A DNA stretch of 29,821 bases, taken from positions 1 through 29,821 of the forward strand of contig JARRRJ010000046.1 of the NCBI GenBank assembly GCA_037380865.1, written 5' to 3'. The stretch comes from Sedimentisphaerales bacterium (GTDB lineage Bacteria > Planctomycetota > Phycisphaerae > Sedimentisphaerales > Anaerobacaceae). Below, one piece after another: positions 25,558 through 29,821 of this stretch (within the stretch, counting starts at the first letter, position 1; every line of letters starts with the position of its first letter). A model generated the notes under the pieces. The model did not search any database. It was not told the DNA's origin and saw nothing but the letters and a program-made list of their open reading frames with translations. The position numbers and the translations under genes are program-made.

Positions 25558-27657
25558 ATGAGTTTTGAAAGTTTTTTTAATCCGAAGTCAGTGGCGATTG
25601 TCGGAGCTTCCCGTCAGAAAGGTAAAGTAGGCTACGAAATTCTCTCCAATATGCTAAGCGCCGGCTACAAGGGTAAAATCTACCCTGTCAACAGCAAAGC
25701 AGACGAGATCGAGGGATTAAAATGCTATCCCAGCCTCGAAGCCATTGGTGAAGTGCCTGAGCTTGTACTGCTTGTCATACCAGCCAGATTCGTGCCGGAT
25801 GTAATGCAGGAATGTGTGAGAGTCGGGACGAAGGCGGTAGTAATCATAACAGCAGGATTCAAGGAAGTCGGCAGGGAAGGCAGAGCACTCGAAGAAAGAG
25901 TCGTTAAAATTGCAAGGCAAGGCGGAATCAGGGTAATCGGTCCCAATTGTCTCGGGCTGATCGTGCCTTCCAATAAAGTGAACGCCTGCTTTGGAGGCGA
26001 CCTGCCTGCTCAGGGCGGCATAGCATACCTTTCGCAGTCTGGAGCGCTTTTGGCCGCTATTCTCGATATGGCAAATGCGAGCGGCATAGGCTTCAGCAAG
26101 CTGGTCAGCATTGGCAATAAAGCTGACGTCGACGAGTTCGATCTTATCAAAGCGCTTTCCACCGATGAAGAGACGAAAGTCATCGCCGGCTATCTGGAAA
26201 GCATAAGTAACGGCGACGATTTTGTCAGGCTGGCAGAGCAGATATCACATATCAAGCCCATCCTTCTTATCAAATCAGGCGGCACCTCAGCAGGCGCGCA
26301 GGCTGCTTCGTCTCATACGGGAAGTCTGGCAGGAAGCGAGACTGCATATGAATCCGCCTTCGAACGCGCGGGAATTATTCGCTGTGATTCGATAAAGCAG
26401 CAGTTCGATTATGCTCGTGCTTTTGCAGATCAGCCATTGCCTGAAGGTACGCGCGTGGCGGTTATAACGAACGCGGGCGGGCCCGGAATTATGGCGGCTG
26501 ATGCAATCGAACGCAGGGGCCTTACGTTTGCCAAACTTGATGAGCAGACGATAGAGAAATTAGGCTCGGTACTTCCGCCAGCCGCTAATCTTTACAATCC
26601 CATTGACGTTTTAGGCGACGCGCTCGCGGAGCGTTACAGCTTTGCCTTGAATACAGTTCTGGACGACCCGAATGTGGATATTGTCCTGATTCTACTTACT
26701 CCCCAGGCGATGACTGAAGCCAGGGAAACAGCTGAAGAAATCGTCAAAATATTTCGTGAAAAACATAGGAAGCCGATCCTCACCTGTTTTCTCGGTGCAA
26801 GCAAAGTAGCCGACGGCGTCAAGGTTTTGCGCGATGGTAAAATACCTCAATATGACTCGACTGACGGAGCAGTCGGGACAATAAAGGTCATGACAGAATA
26901 TGTGCGATGGAAGTCAAGGCCCAGGCGAGTTGTGAAACTGTTCCCTGTCAATAGACGCAAGGTTGAGAATATAATCGAAAGACATATCAGGCAGGGGATT
27001 CGGGAAGTGGGCGAAACGGAATCGAAAGAGATTCTCGAAGCTTACGGATTTGTCACTCCAAAAGGTTCCATTGCGACCACAGCCGAGCAGGCCGGAAGTA
27101 TCGCTCAGCAGTTGGGATTTCCCGTCGTGCTTAAAATCTGGTCACCGGATATTCTGCACAAATCCGACGTCGGCGGCGTAAAAGTCGGTCTCAAATCTGA
27201 GCAGGAGGTCAGAGACGCTTTCGATTTAATGATGTACCGCATTCCCCAGAAGAAGCCTGATGCCGATATTTTGGGTGTGCTTGTTCAGGAAATGTGCAGC
27301 ACAGGAAAAGAGGTTATACTCGGAATGAACAGGGACCCGCATTTCGGACCTCTCATGATGTTCGGGATGGGCGGAATTATGGTAGAAGTACTCAAAGACG
27401 TGTCTTTTCATCTTGCACCGCTCACTTCTGACGAAGCAAGACAAATGCTCATGGATACTAAAACTTATAAGATCCTCAAAGGCGTTCGCGGCCAGGAAGG
27501 AGTCGATATCGACAGAATTGCAGAAGGCCTGCAGAGGCTCTCGCAATTAGTTACTGAGTTTCCTCAAATTCAGGAAATGGACATTAATCCTTATGTTGTC
27601 GGTCCCGTAGGGAAGACGCCGATAGCGGTTGACGCAAGAATGAGTCTGGAAGTGTGA
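25558..27657 (+). CDS. ADP-forming acetate/acyl-CoA ligase, fused alpha+beta (699 aa)
   Basis: CoA-binding SVAIVGAS, IGPNCLG, SQSG, SHTGSLAG (phospho-His retained), NAGGPG, NPIDVLGDA, and ATP-grasp HKSDVGGV...DINP. Confidence 0.9.
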   Translation: MSFESFFNPKSVAIVGASRQKGKVGYEILSNMLSAGYKGKIYPVNSKADEIEGLKCYPSLEAIGEVPELVLLVIPARFVPDVMQECVRVGTKAVVIITAGFKEVGREGRALEERVVKIARQGGIRVIGPNCLGLIVPSNKVNACFGGDLPAQGGIAYLSQSGALLAAILDMANASGIGFSKLVSIGNKADVDEFDLIKALSTDEETKVIAGYLESISNGDDFVRLAEQISHIKPILLIKSGGTSAGAQAASSHTGSLAGSETAYESAFERAGIIRCDSIKQQFDYARAFADQPLPEGTRVAVITNAGGPGIMAADAIERRGLTFAKLDEQTIEKLGSVLPPAANLYNPIDVLGDALAERYSFALNTVLDDPNVDIVLILLTPQAMTEARETAEEIVKIFREKHRKPILTCFLGASKVADGVKVLRDGKIPQYDSTDGAVGTIKVMTEYVRWKSRPRRVVKLFPVNRRKVENIIERHIRQGIREVGETESKEILEAYGFVTPKGSIATTAEQAGSIAQQLGFPVVLKIWSPDILHKSDVGGVKVGLKSEQEVRDAFDLMMYRIPQKKPDADILGVLVQEMCSTGKEVILGMNRDPHFGPLMMFGMGGIMVEVLKDVSFHLAPLTSDEARQMLMDTKTYKILKGVRGQEGVDIDRIAEGLQRLSQLVTEFPQIQEMDINPYVVGPVGKTPIAVDARMSLEV

Positions 27658-27658
27658 T

Positions 27659-29521
27659 ATGAACGAATCGAACTGGAAAGAAAAATATAAAGATAAAATC
27701 AAGTCCGCCGTCGCGGCGATGAAACTGATAAAATCCGGAAGCAGCGTGTTCATCGGTACAGGCTGCGCCCAGCCGCAGCATCTTGTCGACGCAATGGTCA
27801 ATAATACCAGCGGGATAAGAGATGTTCAGGTACTACATCTGCTGACTATGGGTAATGCGCCTTACGTAGATGAGAACTACCGTGACAAATTCAAGATGAA
27901 CAGCTTCTTTATTGCGGAGAACGTTCGTGACGCCTTCGAGAGAGGAATCGGAAACTACACACCGATATTCCTTTCGGAGATACCGATAGAATTCGAGACG
28001 GGACGCATCCCGATTGATGTCGCTTTGATTACAGTATCGCCTCCTGATACGAACGGTCTGTGCAGTCTTGGCGTTTCAGTTGATATAGTTAAGGCGGCAG
28101 CTACAAACTCCAGGTACGTAATCGCGCAGGTCAACGAATACATGCCCAGGACATATGGCAACAGTTTTCTGCATGTCAATAACATAGACGTCCTTGTTCC
28201 TCACGATGAAAAGCTCATCGAGATTCCCGTTCCGAAACCCGACGAGGCCCTGCGCCAGATAGGACAGAATGTTGCTCGTCTCGTTGAAGACGGAAGCACC
28301 ATCGAGTGCGGCATAGGAAATGTCCCGCAGGCGCTCGTCGAATATCTCGCGTATAAAAAAGACCTCGGAATTCATACGGAAATGTTCAGTGACTGGATTA
28401 TCGACTTGGTGGAATGCGGAGCCATAACCTGCGCTAAAAAGAGTTTCGACAGGAATAAAATTGTTGCGAGTTTTTGTATGGGTTCACAGAGGCTCTACGA
28501 TTACATTAATGACAATCCGTTCTTTGAGTTCCATCCCACTGAATACGTAAATGACGTAAATACTATAAGCAGGCATGAGAAAATGATTGCTATAAATGTT
28601 GGGCTTGAAGTTGACCTGACCGGTCAGGTTTGCGCAGACTCGCTCGGATACAGATTCTACAGCGGCATAGGAGGACAGGTCGATTTCATACGCGGCGCCG
28701 CCAGAAGCAGGGGAGGCAAAGCGATAATCGCAATGCCTTCGACAGCCAGAAACGGCCAGGTGAGCAGGATTGTTCCGCACCTTACCGAGGGAGCAGGCGT
28801 AGTGACAACTCGCGGCGATGTGCATTATGTTGTTACAGAGCACGGCATAGCGTACCTGCACGGAAAAACGATAAGGGAAAGAGTTCTCGCTCTTATCAAT
28901 ATTGCAGATCCGAAGTTCAGAAACGAATTGCTCCAGGCGGCAAAGGCACAGAAATATATTTACCAGGATCAGATAGAACTGGCATGGGAACAAGTTGATT
29001 ACCCGGAAGAGCTCGAGCATTACAACACACTTCGCGACGGCACAGAAATTTTCTTCAGGCCTGTAAAGCCGACTGACGAGCCGGCACTGGCCGAGATGCT
29101 TTATTCCCTGAGCGAAAAATCTGTAAAGACGCGATATATGACTGGAACAATGTCCTTTCCGCATAGTGACGTTCAGCAGCTGGCCAACATCGATTATCAG
29201 AAAGACCTTGCAATCGTAGGTGTCGTCCCGGGCATATCGGACGAAGAGATTGTCGCAATAGCACAATATTTTCTCGATCCCGAGACGCAGTCTGCTGAAG
29301 TTGCTTTTCTCGTTCAGGACGAATGGCAGAGCAGGGGAATGGGGACTTTTCTGCTGGACTATATAAGCAAAGTCGCAAGACAGCGCGGCGTAAAGAAATT
29401 TGTTGCGAAAGTATTACCGAACAATAAAGCCATGCTGAATGTTTTTTATAATTCAGGTTATAAAGTCAACACGAAATTCGACGGGGAAGTCTACAACATA
29501 GATTATGAACTGACCAAATAA
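27659..29521 (+). CDS. Acetyl-CoA hydrolase/CoA-transferase fused to a Pat-type GNAT acetyltransferase (620 aa)
   Basis: SLGVSVD, GIGNVP, GIHTEM, GIGGQVDF, VVTEHG. C-terminal RPVKPTD...EVAFLVQDEWQSRGMGT...VL.NNKAML. Confidence 0.9.
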   Translation: MNESNWKEKYKDKIKSAVAAMKLIKSGSSVFIGTGCAQPQHLVDAMVNNTSGIRDVQVLHLLTMGNAPYVDENYRDKFKMNSFFIAENVRDAFERGIGNYTPIFLSEIPIEFETGRIPIDVALITVSPPDTNGLCSLGVSVDIVKAAATNSRYVIAQVNEYMPRTYGNSFLHVNNIDVLVPHDEKLIEIPVPKPDEALRQIGQNVARLVEDGSTIECGIGNVPQALVEYLAYKKDLGIHTEMFSDWIIDLVECGAITCAKKSFDRNKIVASFCMGSQRLYDYINDNPFFEFHPTEYVNDVNTISRHEKMIAINVGLEVDLTGQVCADSLGYRFYSGIGGQVDFIRGAARSRGGKAIIAMPSTARNGQVSRIVPHLTEGAGVVTTRGDVHYVVTEHGIAYLHGKTIRERVLALINIADPKFRNELLQAAKAQKYIYQDQIELAWEQVDYPEELEHYNTLRDGTEIFFRPVKPTDEPALAEMLYSLSEKSVKTRYMTGTMSFPHSDVQQLANIDYQKDLAIVGVVPGISDEEIVAIAQYFLDPETQSAEVAFLVQDEWQSRGMGTFLLDYISKVARQRGVKKFVAKVLPNNKAMLNVFYNSGYKVNTKFDGEVYNIDYELTK

Positions 29522-29522
29522 C

Positions 29523-29549
29523 GTAGCACGGACATCTTGCCCATGCCGC
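29523..29549. repeat. REP-like palindrome
   Basis: Reverse complement reads GCGGCATGGGCAAGATGTCCGTGCTAC, the same family as 722-772 and 14961-14987. Confidence 0.65.
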
Positions 29550-29563
29550 GACGAGGAACGAAA

Positions 29564-29821
29564 GTGACAGATCGCAGGGTTGCGTATATATATTCATCTG
29601 AACTGGAGAAGTACAGCTATCCCAAGGGACATCCCTTCAACACTATCCGGGGTAAACGGGTTCTGGATATTCTCAAATCGATGAATCTGATTTCAGGTCC
29701 CGACAGAAGCATAATCCCGCCTGTGCCGGCAGAGAGAGTTGTACTGAAAAAATTCCATTCCGCGCGTTACCTTCATGCTCTGAAGAATGCAGACAAAGGA
29801 CGCTTTGACGTCGAAGCACTC
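29564..29821 (+). CDS. AcuC/histone-deacetylase-family protein deacetylase, 3'-truncated (missing from the supplied ORF track)
   Basis: GTG start after GAGGAA. VTDRRVAYIYSSELEKYSYPKGHPFNTIRG...PVPAERVVLKKFHSARYLHAL shows the HDAC N-terminal HP...A....L..FH...Y pattern. Only the first 86 aa are visible. Confidence 0.78.
   Translation, partial: MTDRRVAYIYSSELEKYSYPKGHPFNTIRGKRVLDILKSMNLISGPDRSIIPPVPAERVVLKKFHSARYLHALKNADKGRFDVEAL

Noticed and set aside
28484-29266. 260-aa minus-strand ORF
   Set aside because: Antisense shadow of the CoA-transferase::GNAT gene.
1-29821. CRISPR array, rRNA/tRNA, transposase, retron or DGR
   Set aside because: No regularly spaced repeats, RNA-gene signatures, transposase or reverse-transcriptase motifs were found by eye.

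Overview
A 29.8-kb chromosomal window, probably from a Planctomycetota (Phycisphaerae-like) bacterium. This taxonomy is inferred from the ECF/ZAS/Ser-Thr kinase signalling style and a dockerin-like tail. The left half (1-15 kb) is an accessory signalling region. It holds an M48 protease, a CBS-GAF-GGDEF-HD-GYP protein, an ECF sigma factor with a fused C-terminal zinc motif, and a ZAS-kinase-TM-FGE/sulfatase-hydrolase fusion. It also holds an uncharacterised two-gene pair (an exported duplicated CxxC/HYxxH protein plus a Cys-rich protein), two ECF/anti-sigma(LolA-like) cassettes and two membrane-anchored C39 peptidases. The right half is mostly housekeeping: scpB, Nif3/YqfO, pabC-like/pabB, deoC, an AdkA-like kinase fused to a nucleoside-deoxyribosyltransferase-like domain, prfA, rpmE, dapB, and an operon of ADP-forming acyl-CoA ligase, CoA-transferase::GNAT and a deacetylase. 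Several lesions stand out: a perfect 87-bp inverted repeat with a flipped 30-bp loop replacing part of the kinase 3' end, frameshifting losses of the transmembrane segment in both anti-sigma genes, a TGA stop in one ECF, and a frameshifting internal loss in dapB. These could be biology or assembly artefacts, which only reads can settle. No rRNA, tRNA, CRISPR array or transposase was seen.
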